DNA of 37,009 bases. It comes from Caldisphaera sp. GTDB lineage: Archaea > Thermoproteota > Thermoprotei_A > Sulfolobales > Acidilobaceae. The stretch spans positions 1 through 37,009 of the forward strand of contig JBMFKU010000013.1 in the NCBI GenBank assembly GCA_049971805.1, given 5' to 3'. Positions within the stretch are counted from its first letter, which is position 1; each line of letters starts with the position of its first letter. A program made the position numbers and the translations under genes. Shown here piece by piece: positions 1 through 8,891 of the stretch. Under the pieces are notes generated by a model. That model saw nothing but the letters and a program-made list of their open reading frames with translations. It was not told where the DNA came from and ran no database searches.

Positions 1-29
1 GTGAAGATCCAGCCAGTTGTTTACAGCTA

Positions 30-152
30 AACAAATGGAGCGAGATAATGCTTTATGCACATACTAGCTATGAAATGGTAAAAAATGAATGCAGTGAATC
101 ACAAAACTAGAACAGCTCTAAGAGAACCCTCACTCTTTAGTGTAGAGAAGCT
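30..152 (+). mobile_element. Degraded 3' end of an IS200/IS605-family (tnpB) element
   Basis: 'gtgaatcacaaaactagaacagctctaagagaaccctcactctttagtgtagagaag' resembles the right-end motif GGGAACCCTCGCCCTTCAGG..GAGAGG seen at 6674-6703; an upstream 'ERDNA' remnant resembles the TnpB RDxNA motif. Confidence 0.5.
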
Positions 153-482
153 TTATATAAGAGATCAGGTTATGCACAAATGAGAGAGATTAAAAACTTA
201 ATGAAAAGAAATACAAGGTAAAGATTATTTTTATGGTATTTGCTACAAGAACAGAAAAACACACCTTTGTTATGTTGGTCTAATGGATCACAAATTGGTG
301 TTAAAGGCCTTATTCATGGATATTTTGTATAGGCCAGATAAAATAAGAATAAACCTTGCCATTCATGAAAAGGAGTCAAATAAAATTTAAGCTTTTTTAA
401 GCATGAGTCTTTATTTCAAGCACATTTTATGTATAAAAATTTATATGTTATGTTCTAAATATAGTGTTTGAGGGATCCAAAA

Positions 483-1127
483 ATGAAATTTTCAGAAGAA
501 ATTTACAAGAATTCGCTCTCTATTTGGAAAAAGTTTGTCCCACACAGTTTTTTAAAAGCTGTTGCTGATGGAACCATAGACAAAAGATTATTTTCCCAAT
601 GGCTCTCTCAGGACTTTCTCTTCGTAAAGGGGGCAATTAGGTTTATGCTTGTTCTCGCTTCAAGAGCTCCAGATATGCAATTACCTTATCTTGTTGAGGC
701 ATCATACCTTATAAGTAAAGAGATCGATATGTTTGAAAAAGCTGCAATAAAACTAGGCACAAGGCTTGAAGGATACACAAACCTCTTGAACGAGTCTTAC
801 ATTTCATATCTGATTTCTATAGCTCATTCCGCCAGTTACCTAGAGGGACTTACAGCATTATATTGCGAGGAAAGAGCCTACTATGAATCTTGGAATTGGG
901 TAAAAGAAAATACGGATCTGCAAAGAAATCCTTATTCTGAACTTATATCATATTGGTCTTCAGAAGGTTTTAAAAACTACGTAGGAGCACTTGAAAGAAT
1001 GTTAAATGAAGAGGCTGAGATAGTAGGGGGAGATGAGAAGAATAGGGCAAAGGAAGTTTGTAGGAGAGTTTCTGAATTTGAACTAGCCTTTTGGGATAGC
1101 ATAATGCTTTCGAATATGCGCGAATGA
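483..1127 (+). CDS. tenA: TenA/THI-4 family protein (aminopyrimidine aminohydrolase-like, probably TenA_E type)
   Basis: H-x-F (PHSF), 'F..WLSQD..FV', 'YCEERAYYESW' and C-terminal 'EFELAFWD'. ATG 483 preferred over the track's TTG 468. Confidence 0.85.
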   Translation: MKFSEEIYKNSLSIWKKFVPHSFLKAVADGTIDKRLFSQWLSQDFLFVKGAIRFMLVLASRAPDMQLPYLVEASYLISKEIDMFEKAAIKLGTRLEGYTNLLNESYISYLISIAHSASYLEGLTALYCEERAYYESWNWVKENTDLQRNPYSELISYWSSEGFKNYVGALERMLNEEAEIVGGDEKNRAKEVCRRVSEFELAFWDSIMLSNMRE

Positions 1128-1275
1128 CTTTTAAGAGAATCTTTAAATTTCCGCTTTAGCTAAAAATAGCTAAACAGTTTTAGATATTATAAAAAATAAA
1201 TATTATATATAAAAAGCATAATAAACATTTAAAAACCTCCAGCTGTATTAATAGTAATGAGCTAAATACAATGGT

Positions 1276-2175
1276 GTGTTCATATTGTTAGCAATAAGTT
1301 TATTGCCATATTCAATAGCAATAGGTATTTTAGTAGGACTTTATTATGCTTTAATGGCTCTGGGACTAAATATGGTTTTTGGAGTAGTTAGAATGGTAAA
1401 TATAGCACATGGAGATATAATAATGCTGGCATCTTATGTGGCTTACTTCTTTTTATTATATTATCGCATAAATGTTGGACTTAGCCTAATTATTTCCTTT
1501 CCGCTTTTCTTTGTTGTTGGTGTTTTAGTTTATTATGCTTTTGTTCCTAGACTACAATCAAGCAATGATCCTGAAATGAACTCATTTGCAGCTTTTTTTG
1601 GTCTATCATTAGCAATAGAAGCGGCTTCATTTATAGCTTTTGGCAATTTTTATTATGCATTACCTACGTCGGCGCTTTTAGGAGGAAGATTTTTACTGTT
1701 CGGGTATGGTACATCAAAAGTTTATTTAGCATTAGCTGGCATTTCATCAATTCTGCTCTTTATAACATATTTATATTTAAATAAAACTAGGCTCGGAAAA
1801 TCTACTAGAGCTCTAATCCAAAATAGAGATCAAGCAATTAGTTTTAAAGTTAATCCGAAGTGGGTAACTCTTTTTACATTTTCATATGGTTTTGCTATGG
1901 CTGGAATGGCAGGAGTTTTATCACCATATGTCTTTGGCTCTATTTATCCTAGCATGGGTGATTTTATAACAGTTATAGCATTTACTATTGTTATTATTGG
2001 TGCATTAGGAAACCCATTAAGCACAATATTAGGTGGTTTGGTTTTCGGTATTTTCTATCAATTTTTACAAGTTTACTTGCCTGGACTAAGCCTTCCAATT
2101 ACATTTTTTGTTCTTTTAATTGTAGTGGTTATACGCCCAGGTGGAATTTTAGGAGGTGCCCAACGTGAAGTTTAA
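1276..2175 (+). CDS. livH: Branched-chain amino acid ABC transporter permease (LivH-like)
   Basis: 'YALMALGLNMVFGVVRMVNIAHG' and 'TRLGKSTRA' motifs; hydrophobic; ends 'RPGGILG'. Confidence 0.9.
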   Translation: MFILLAISLLPYSIAIGILVGLYYALMALGLNMVFGVVRMVNIAHGDIIMLASYVAYFFLLYYRINVGLSLIISFPLFFVVGVLVYYAFVPRLQSSNDPEMNSFAAFFGLSLAIEAASFIAFGNFYYALPTSALLGGRFLLFGYGTSKVYLALAGISSILLFITYLYLNKTRLGKSTRALIQNRDQAISFKVNPKWVTLFTFSYGFAMAGMAGVLSPYVFGSIYPSMGDFITVIAFTIVIIGALGNPLSTILGGLVFGIFYQFLQVYLPGLSLPITFFVLLIVVVIRPGGILGGAQREV

Positions 2176-3091
2176 CAAATTTTATTTAACTTCGATTATA
2201 TTATCTATTATTATGCTGATCATAGCATTTTTAGGGCCTAAATTGTATATAAATAAAGCATTCTTTTTTGATTTAATAATATTTACAATAGTATCATTAG
2301 GTTTAAATATAATTTATGGATTAACAGGCTATCTACCATTTGGATACATGGTATTTTTTGGAATAGGCGCATATGGAGTTTATATAGGTATGAGACTTGG
2401 TTTAAATCCTATAGGCGCATTTGCATTTAGTTTCGCTTTAGATCTTCTTTTAGCAGCAGTTCTTTTGCCATTATTCAGACTACGATCCCATTATTTTGCT
2501 ATAGCTACTTTAGCTGCATTTGAAGGGTTTTATTATCTTGTTAGCTCTCCCAGTTTATCAAGATATACAAATGGAGCCCTTGGAGCTTCTTTGGTATCTA
2601 TTTATAAACCTACACTAACCTATATTGTTGCTGTAATATTTCTCATTTTTGTAATCCTTTTGACGGCATTGATAAAATCTAGTTCATTTGGACTTGCATT
2701 AAGGGCAATTAAAGATAGTGTGATCTCTGCTCATTTAGATGGAATAAATGTGCCTTTAACAAGAGGTATAGCATGGATTATCAGTGCATTGATTGCTAGT
2801 GTTGCAGGAGCCCTATATGGTTGGTATTCTGCATTTTTTTATCCAGAAACTGTATTTTCTCTTACATTAGGCATATATATAATAGCCTTTGTTATATTTG
2901 GTGGTCTTGGCACATTAGTTGGACCTATCGTTGGAACAGTTGTATTATATAGCATATATCAATACTTTAGCATATCATATTCATACTACGTTATGCTATT
3001 TTTTGGAATATTATTAATAATTTTGATACTGTTTTTACCAGGCGGAATTGCTCAAATAATACAAAAATACTTAAAAAAGCCTTTACCATAG
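2156..3091 (+). CDS. livM: Branched-chain amino acid ABC transporter permease (LivM-like)
   Basis: 'GLNIIYGLTGYLPFG...FFGIGAY', 'RLRSHYFAIAT', 'FGLALRAIKD', 'GGLGTLVGPIVG'; overlaps the livH end. Confidence 0.9.
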   Translation: MPNVKFNKFYLTSIILSIIMLIIAFLGPKLYINKAFFFDLIIFTIVSLGLNIIYGLTGYLPFGYMVFFGIGAYGVYIGMRLGLNPIGAFAFSFALDLLLAAVLLPLFRLRSHYFAIATLAAFEGFYYLVSSPSLSRYTNGALGASLVSIYKPTLTYIVAVIFLIFVILLTALIKSSSFGLALRAIKDSVISAHLDGINVPLTRGIAWIISALIASVAGALYGWYSAFFYPETVFSLTLGIYIIAFVIFGGLGTLVGPIVGTVVLYSIYQYFSISYSYYVMLFFGILLIILILFLPGGIAQIIQKYLKKPLP

Positions 3092-3212
3092 GTCCTTATA
3101 ATATGTAAATAGCAGGCTAGACCTTTGATGGATGAGGCTAAGAAATCTTATAAAAAGGATTATTTTGAATTAGAAGGGCTAAAATAAATTGGGCTAATAA
3201 AATTCAATAATA

Positions 3213-4355
3213 TTAAAACTTTATTTTATATTTTTGTTTTATTTCTTCTGTATTTTCTCCTAATTGCGGAACAGGTAAATCAGTTATAGGTTCTTTGCCA
3301 TTTATAATACCAGGCTCCTTTAATTGTTTTATTGCCCCAAAATACTTATGACTTAGTTCAAAAACAACAAAGCTAGCATATGGATCTCTAAAAACATCAT
3401 CAATATCATAAACTGGTGACGAGGGTATCTTAGCTCTTTCCAATAATGTTAACCAGTAATCTCTGCTATTTGTCTTAAAAGTTTCCTGCAAAATGCTAAT
3501 AAGCTGTTCCCTATTGGCAACTCTGTTTTCATTTGTCCTAAATCTTTGATCGTTAATTAAAGAATTAAGTTTTAATACTTCACATAATTTTTCCCATTGT
3601 CTATCATTGCTTACTGCTACTATGAACCATTTACCATTAGAGTCTTTAAAAGCCTGGTACGGAACAATGCCTGGATGGGCTGAACCAAGCCTTTTAGGTT
3701 TCTCCTTAGCCATCAAATACATCATTGGTATATAAGACATAGAAAACAATGCACTATCATATAGATATACTTCAGTATAAAATGGTCTTATATTCGAATA
3801 CAAGCCAGATATTGCATAGAGAGCTGCAAAGAGACCAGTTATTATGTCAAATAAAGCAAAGGAGACCCTTATTGGTGGGTCGTTATCTGTTCCAGTTGTT
3901 AGCATTAGCCCACTCATGGCCTGAATTACTAAGTCATAAGCAGGTTTATCCTTATATAAACTATTTAGTCTATATCCTTTTATGCTAACATATATTAAAT
4001 CTTTGTTTATTTTAAATAAGGTGTTAGGATCAATACCAAGTTTTTCTCTAACCCCTGGTCTATAATTTTCTACAATAATATTACTTTCTCTGACTAAGTT
4101 GTAAAGAAAATTTTTATCGTCACTGTTGTTTAGATCTAAAACTACACTTTTCTTTCCTCTATTAAAAGAAGCAAAGTATGAACTTAATCCATTTACTATG
4201 GGGGTAAATTTTCTAGCTTCATCACCTTCTGGGGATTCTATCTTAATGACCTCAGCGCCTAAATCTGCCATAAGTAGTGTTGAAAATGGTCCAGATACTG
4301 TATGAGATAAATCAAGCACTCTTAAACCTTTTAATGGCAAATAATTGTTATCCAT
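3213..4355 (-). CDS. CaiB/BaiF family (class III) CoA-transferase
   Basis: 'PLKGLRVLDL..SGP..LMADLGAEVIKIE', 'NRGKKS', 'VENYRPG', catalytic 'AYDLVIQAMSGLM', 'PQLGENT'. Confidence 0.92.
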   Translation of the reverse strand: MDNNYLPLKGLRVLDLSHTVSGPFSTLLMADLGAEVIKIESPEGDEARKFTPIVNGLSSYFASFNRGKKSVVLDLNNSDDKNFLYNLVRESNIIVENYRPGVREKLGIDPNTLFKINKDLIYVSIKGYRLNSLYKDKPAYDLVIQAMSGLMLTTGTDNDPPIRVSFALFDIITGLFAALYAISGLYSNIRPFYTEVYLYDSALFSMSYIPMMYLMAKEKPKRLGSAHPGIVPYQAFKDSNGKWFIVAVSNDRQWEKLCEVLKLNSLINDQRFRTNENRVANREQLISILQETFKTNSRDYWLTLLERAKIPSSPVYDIDDVFRDPYASFVVFELSHKYFGAIKQLKEPGIINGKEPITDLPVPQLGENTEEIKQKYKIKF

Positions 4356-4428
4356 AATTAATAACCACCTGATATTAATATAGATAATGTGCTATATATT
4401 TGTTTAACTTAAAAGATTATTGATTAAT

Positions 4429-4875
4429 TTATTTTTTCTTATAAGATACTAAAATTAATAGATTAAAAACTACAACTAAATCGTTTTTCTGATTATATAC
4501 TTCATGCTTTAGTGTTAACAAACCACCTTTACTTTTTTCTTCCTTATTAATAATAGTTATTTTAGCTCTTATTGTATCTCCTATTTTCACTGGAGCCAAA
4601 AATCTCAAATTATCAATTCCATAAAGTGCTATTAAACTATTTTCAAAGATGCCTAATCTTAGTCTTAAACCAGATACGACAGAAACTACAAGCAATCCAT
4701 GAGCAATTCTTGTTTTATATAAGGTACCTTTGGCATACTCTTCATCTGTGTGAATTCTATTAAAATCCCCGCTTATACCTGCAAAGTTAACTACATCAGC
4801 CTCTGTTATAGTTCTGCTAGGTGTTTCAAACACTTCTCCAACAACAAAATCTTCAAAAAATTTGGTTTCCACCAT
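4429..4875 (-). CDS. MaoC-family (R)-specific enoyl-CoA hydratase/dehydratase
   Basis: 'RTITEADVVNFAGISGDFNRIHTD...IAHG' and 'LRFLAPVKIGDT'. ATG 4875 follows a GGAG RBS (track start 4896). Confidence 0.88.
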   Translation of the reverse strand: MVETKFFEDFVVGEVFETPSRTITEADVVNFAGISGDFNRIHTDEEYAKGTLYKTRIAHGLLVVSVVSGLRLRLGIFENSLIALYGIDNLRFLAPVKIGDTIRAKITIINKEEKSKGGLLTLKHEVYNQKNDLVVVFNLLILVSYKKK

Positions 4876-4945
4876 TAACTCTCCTCCAGAGTTCATATTA
4901 AGTTAATTCTTTTTAAATTTTAAGATCAAAGCTTATAAATTGAAG

Positions 4946-5438
4946 ACAAGCTCCTATTTATTAGAGTAAAAGTTTTTAGGATTGCTTAAAAAGAAAAAAT
5001 AAATGATAACTATCGAATGGGTAAGTTTGTCGGTATGCAAGACAAGTCCCTTCTTGTTAACAAATGTAATGCTTATGTCTACTCTAGTTAACTTAATATA
5101 GATTAATAGTAGGATCTAATTTTACTTTGCAATGTCAGAAGAGCTATTTCATGTTTGATTTTCTTGCGAAAAGTTTATGAGCTTTGTAAGCATTTATTTT
5201 CTGAGAAAGAGGATCAGTGATGCTAGCTCTTGCCGTTGATCTCAAAGAAGTTCTATTGTCACATGCCTTAAAGATATACTATTGGGCTAGGCCTAAGCCC
5301 TTACACTCGAGCATGAATAATGAAATGATTGAAGTGAAATTGTAGGAACAAAAGGTTAAAATAAGAGTATCAAACTTAAAGTAACATAATCCTAAAGACC
5401 TCGGAATCCTTGTCCTTCAGAGCAACGAAGCAGGTCTG
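4946..5438 (+). mobile_element. Internally deleted IS200/IS605 element (left end, tnpB scraps, right end)
   Basis: 4946-5025 matches the left-end-like repeat at 6431, 8598 and 22795. 'LRKRISDASS' at ~5201 resembles TnpB. 5394-5438 (aaagacctcggaatccttgtccttcag...aggtctg) matches the right-end repeat. Confidence 0.6.
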
Positions 5439-5477
5439 CACCAGAACCTTTATTATCCTTTAACAATCATTTTTGAA

Positions 5478-6236
5478 GTGGTGATATGTTTGTCATCAAG
5501 ACCAACTGATATTATGATAAAATGCTTAGCAAACTTTATTGAAAACAATGATTATGTTTACCATGGATTGAATAGCATACAACCTCTACTAGCAATGGTT
5601 TATGCATCTTTATATTTAAAGAGAGACTTTATTTGGCATAGCGTATCTGAATCCTTTATACCAGAACCTTCTAAGGTAAAGATAAAGTATTCTACGGGTG
5701 ATCCAAGCTCAGAATCAAATAACATAGGAATTCTAACGGCAATAGAAGGGGACGACTTAGTAGCTAAAGGTAAAAGAGATCTAATGTTTTTTGGTGCTGC
5801 ACAAATAGATGAGAATGCTAATATTAACTTAAGTGTGATAGGATCTTATGAAAAGCCAAGGATAAAACTACCTGGTGGAGCAGTATTAGCATATCTTTAT
5901 CCATTAGTTAAAAAAATAGTAATATATGCTAGACATGAACAAAGAGTATTAGTTAAAAAAGTTGATTTTGTAACTGGAAATGGACAAATAAGATTAGAGA
6001 AAGGGTTAAAAACCGTTTTGTGCACAAATAAAGCATTAATAGAATTTACCAAGGAAGGGCCTATATTAAAAGCAATCTTTCATGGAACGGATATAAATGA
6101 AGTTCTCTCATCAACAGGAGGTATGCATATTAAGCCAGATAATAAGATAGATATTATACAACCTCTTAGTCAAGTTGAGTTAGAGATACTAAACAATGCA
6201 GATCCTCAAGGACTAAGATATAAGAGTTATGAATAA
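5478..6236 (+). CDS. CoA-transferase subunit B (GctB/AtoA-like, family I)
   Basis: 'DLMFFGAAQIDENANINLSVIG..RIKLPGG', 'VKKVDFVTG', 'CTNKALIEF'. Confidence 0.82.
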   Translation: MVICLSSRPTDIMIKCLANFIENNDYVYHGLNSIQPLLAMVYASLYLKRDFIWHSVSESFIPEPSKVKIKYSTGDPSSESNNIGILTAIEGDDLVAKGKRDLMFFGAAQIDENANINLSVIGSYEKPRIKLPGGAVLAYLYPLVKKIVIYARHEQRVLVKKVDFVTGNGQIRLEKGLKTVLCTNKALIEFTKEGPILKAIFHGTDINEVLSSTGGMHIKPDNKIDIIQPLSQVELEILNNADPQGLRYKSYE

Positions 6237-6263
6237 AAAGTTTGATAGTAGACTTTTAACCAC

Positions 6264-6275
6264 AAAACTTATAAC
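6264..6275 (+). promoter_or_regulatory. BRE/TATA box of tRNA-Pro
   Basis: AAAAC-TTATAA about 27 nt upstream of the tRNA 5' end. Confidence 0.55.
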
Positions 6276-6300
6276 TTTATCTTTTGGTGCCTATTTATTA

Positions 6301-6374
6301 GGGGCCGTCGTCTAGCTTGGTAGGATGCAAGGCTTGGGCCCTTGTGGTCCGGGGTTCAAATCCCCGCGGCCCCA
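6301..6374 (+). tRNA. tRNA-Pro(TGG), intronless, CCA not encoded
   Basis: Acceptor GGGGCCG/CGGCCCC+A; anticodon arm CAAGG-CTTGGGC-CCTTG; T arm CGGGG-TTCAAAT-CCCCG. Confidence 0.96.
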
Positions 6375-6430
6375 TTTTTATTAAGAGGATATATATAATA
6401 TGGCCAAAAAAAGTTGTGATAAATTAAACG

Positions 6431-6707
6431 ACAAACCTCGTCTTTTAAGGGTGGGTTAAAGTTTAAGGTTTGTTTTAAAAATAATTAGATATGAATAGCT
6501 ATCAAGGGTATTCTTCATAGAGAAGTGATATGAAGTAAACCTTTACCCAGTTACCAAACTAAAAAGGTAAGAAGGGTTGAGATTTCTCCCTCAGATCAAA
6601 TAAGGATGAAGAGTTGGTAACTTTACTCCCACATAGGTAGGAATCAGAGTAACTCCTATAACCCTCAAGACCTGGGAACCCTCGCCCTTCAGGTCGAGAG
6701 AGGTCAG
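6431..6707 (+). mobile_element. Non-autonomous IS200/IS605-derived mini-element (left end + right end, no ORF)
   Basis: Left hairpin-like 'caaacctcgtcttttaagggtgggttaaagttt'; right end 'gggaaccctcgcccttcaggtcgagagaggtcag'; both parts recur elsewhere in the window. Confidence 0.72.
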
Positions 6708-7016
6708 CTAAGCAAAGAGGGAAGGAAAAAAGCTTCAAATTTATATAAGGAGATATTTAAATAAATTAACTAGAAGTAATTGGAAGTATTTAAAAGTTAT
6801 GCAAAGGCGCTATAGTCTACCTATTTTTATTAATAATTTTCTTATTGATAATGATAAAGAAACAACAAATCTAGCCTTTAAGCAGAGAAGAGGTAGCTTA
6901 TGTAATATTATAAACATCTTGGAGTTCTTGTTATAGATAATAGAAAATCAATCTATAGTCTGATTAGGTTTTTAAATAATAAATAAAAAATAAAAATTTA
7001 AAAAAATATCTAAGAT

Positions 7017-8423
7017 TTATGGGACACAGGGCTTTGGATATATGGCAGTTCCATTTGATACATCTAATGGCCATAATAAAGTAAACCTAGTCGTACCATT
7101 GGAATAAACCCAAACTTGTGAAACTACAGGAGCTTCTCCTAATTGAGCACCTGTGCTTGTTATATTGAATAACCCAGTAAGCGTTACAACCTTTCCGCTA
7201 ATATCATTTAATACAGCTGCTTTTATAGCAGTTTGATTTAATGTTCCTGCATCTTGTATTGCCAATTCTATTATTAGACCAGCATTAAATCCTGCTAAAA
7301 CATTATAATTAACTGATACACCTGGATATGTGCTGCTCCATAATTCATCAAATACTGTTAAATTGGGTCCATATGTAGGTTTATATTCAACTATAGGTGG
7401 GAAAGCTCCAGTAAATGTACCGTTCATGTTTGCTCCAACACCACTAAGCATCATAGGTAGCATTAAACCTGGATAATTGGTGTAAATCATTGGGAAGCAG
7501 ACTTTAGATGATGCTATTTGGTTTAAGAATGGTATATCATCGGTTGGATATCCAAATTCTATAACAGCTTGCGGTTTGGCACTTTCAATGCTTGCAATAT
7601 AGCTTGAGAAATCTGATGTAGAAGTTGGGAAGCTTTCATTTAGGACTGCTGTAATTCCGTATTGGCTAAATAAAGGACTTATTAGATAGTCTTGGTATGC
7701 ATTGAAATCGTTTGCTGCATATATGACTGCAACCTTTGTTATATTTAAGGAATGCAGGAATTGAGCTATAGGAGTGACCCATGCGGCAGATACTGGAATT
7801 GATGTATCGATTATATATGGATTGTTAGTAAAGAATGCATATGATGAACCTGTCGGATCCCATAATAATATATGGCTTGCATTGGCATATGAGACAGCTG
7901 GTGCAGTTAATACTGAACCAAAATCTGCAACCAATACATTAACATGGTCTACTGTTACTAATTCATTATATAAAGATTGAGCCGTTGTTGGGTCGCTATC
8001 ATCATCATATGCTATTATTTTAACTGGTATCTTCTTACCGTATTGCGCAACATATATTCCCCCGCTCTGGTTTATCCATTTAGCCCAAGTTTGCAGACCT
8101 TCATATTCAGGCATAGATGACGATGCAAACCTACCTGTTGATGCATATAATGTACCGATTAAAATATATGGAGGAGCAGTTGTAGTTGGTACCGAAGTAG
8201 TTGTAGTAAAGGTTGTAGTAACGGTTGTAGGTACTATAGATGTTGTAGTTGTTGTAGTTGGTACCGAAGTAGTTGTAGTAAAGGTTGTAGTAACAGGCTT
8301 TTTCGTTGCATAATATGCTGCAACACCTGCTACTACTACAACTATTACTACAACGATAATAATTATTGCAAGAGTAGTTGTAGAAACAGACCTATACCTA
8401 TATTTATTCAATATTATATACAC
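7017..8423 (-). CDS. LivJ/LivK-type ABC substrate-binding protein with N-terminal membrane anchor and Thr-rich linker
   Basis: Hydrophobic N-terminus, TTTSVPTTT linker, 'IGTLYASTGRFA', 'INQSGGI', 'YDDDSDP', 'ADFGS'. Confidence 0.85.
   Translation of the reverse strand: MYIILNKYRYRSVSTTTLAIIIIVVVIVVVVAGVAAYYATKKPVTTTFTTTTSVPTTTTTTSIVPTTVTTTFTTTTSVPTTTAPPYILIGTLYASTGRFASSSMPEYEGLQTWAKWINQSGGIYVAQYGKKIPVKIIAYDDDSDPTTAQSLYNELVTVDHVNVLVADFGSVLTAPAVSYANASHILLWDPTGSSYAFFTNNPYIIDTSIPVSAAWVTPIAQFLHSLNITKVAVIYAANDFNAYQDYLISPLFSQYGITAVLNESFPTSTSDFSSYIASIESAKPQAVIEFGYPTDDIPFLNQIASSKVCFPMIYTNYPGLMLPMMLSGVGANMNGTFTGAFPPIVEYKPTYGPNLTVFDELWSSTYPGVSVNYNVLAGFNAGLIIELAIQDAGTLNQTAIKAAVLNDISGKVVTLTGLFNITSTGAQLGEAPVVSQVWVYSNGTTRFTLLWPLDVSNGTAIYPKPCVP
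8179..8294. repeat. 44-bp perfect direct repeat (8179-8222 and 8251-8294) in the Thr-rich linker
   Basis: gttgtagttggtaccgaagtagttgtagtaaaggttgtagtaac occurs twice, 72 bp apart (VTTTFTTTTSVPTTT). Confidence 0.9.
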
Positions 8424-8597
8424 CTTACTATTTTAACTATTAGCACACTAAAATATATAAGGATTTCTAAATATAACCTATTAAATTTTTCTTAAATAAA
8501 TATTGATAATAGTAACTATAAATATTAATATTAAGGAATTCTAAACAGCAAAGTTTTTAATGGCAAATGGAAAAATAATGGAAAATGATAAGTAAGA

Positions 8598-8695
8598 ACA
8601 AACCTGCCATTTATAACATAGTAAAGCTTTAAGATTTGTTTAAGATAAACGAAAACTAGCCATCAAATGAGTGAGCTTCACCAATTGGTGAGGTA
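8598..8695 (+). mobile_element. Isolated IS200/IS605-like left-end fragment
   Basis: 'caaacctgccatttat...gtaaagctttaagatttg...ctagccatcaaatg..gcttcaccaattggtgag' aligns by eye with 22795-22880 and 6431-6528. Confidence 0.6.
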
Positions 8696-8891
8696 AAAGC
8701 TTTCTTTTTTATGATCCTATAATATTATATAATTCATTGTTAAGTTTTGGATATAAATCTTTTATTTTGAATTAATGTATTTATGCTATAAAATGCTTAT
8801 ATTGTGTAATGAAATGTATTAATAATAAAGAACTATATTTTAAATATTTTATTATAAAAAGAAAAAATTGATAAAATTAAAACAGGATTTT

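Noticed and set aside
3128-3187. 19-aa ORF MDEAKKSYKKDYFELEGLK as a remnant of the missing ABC ATPase
   Set aside because: Too short, with no diagnostic motif.
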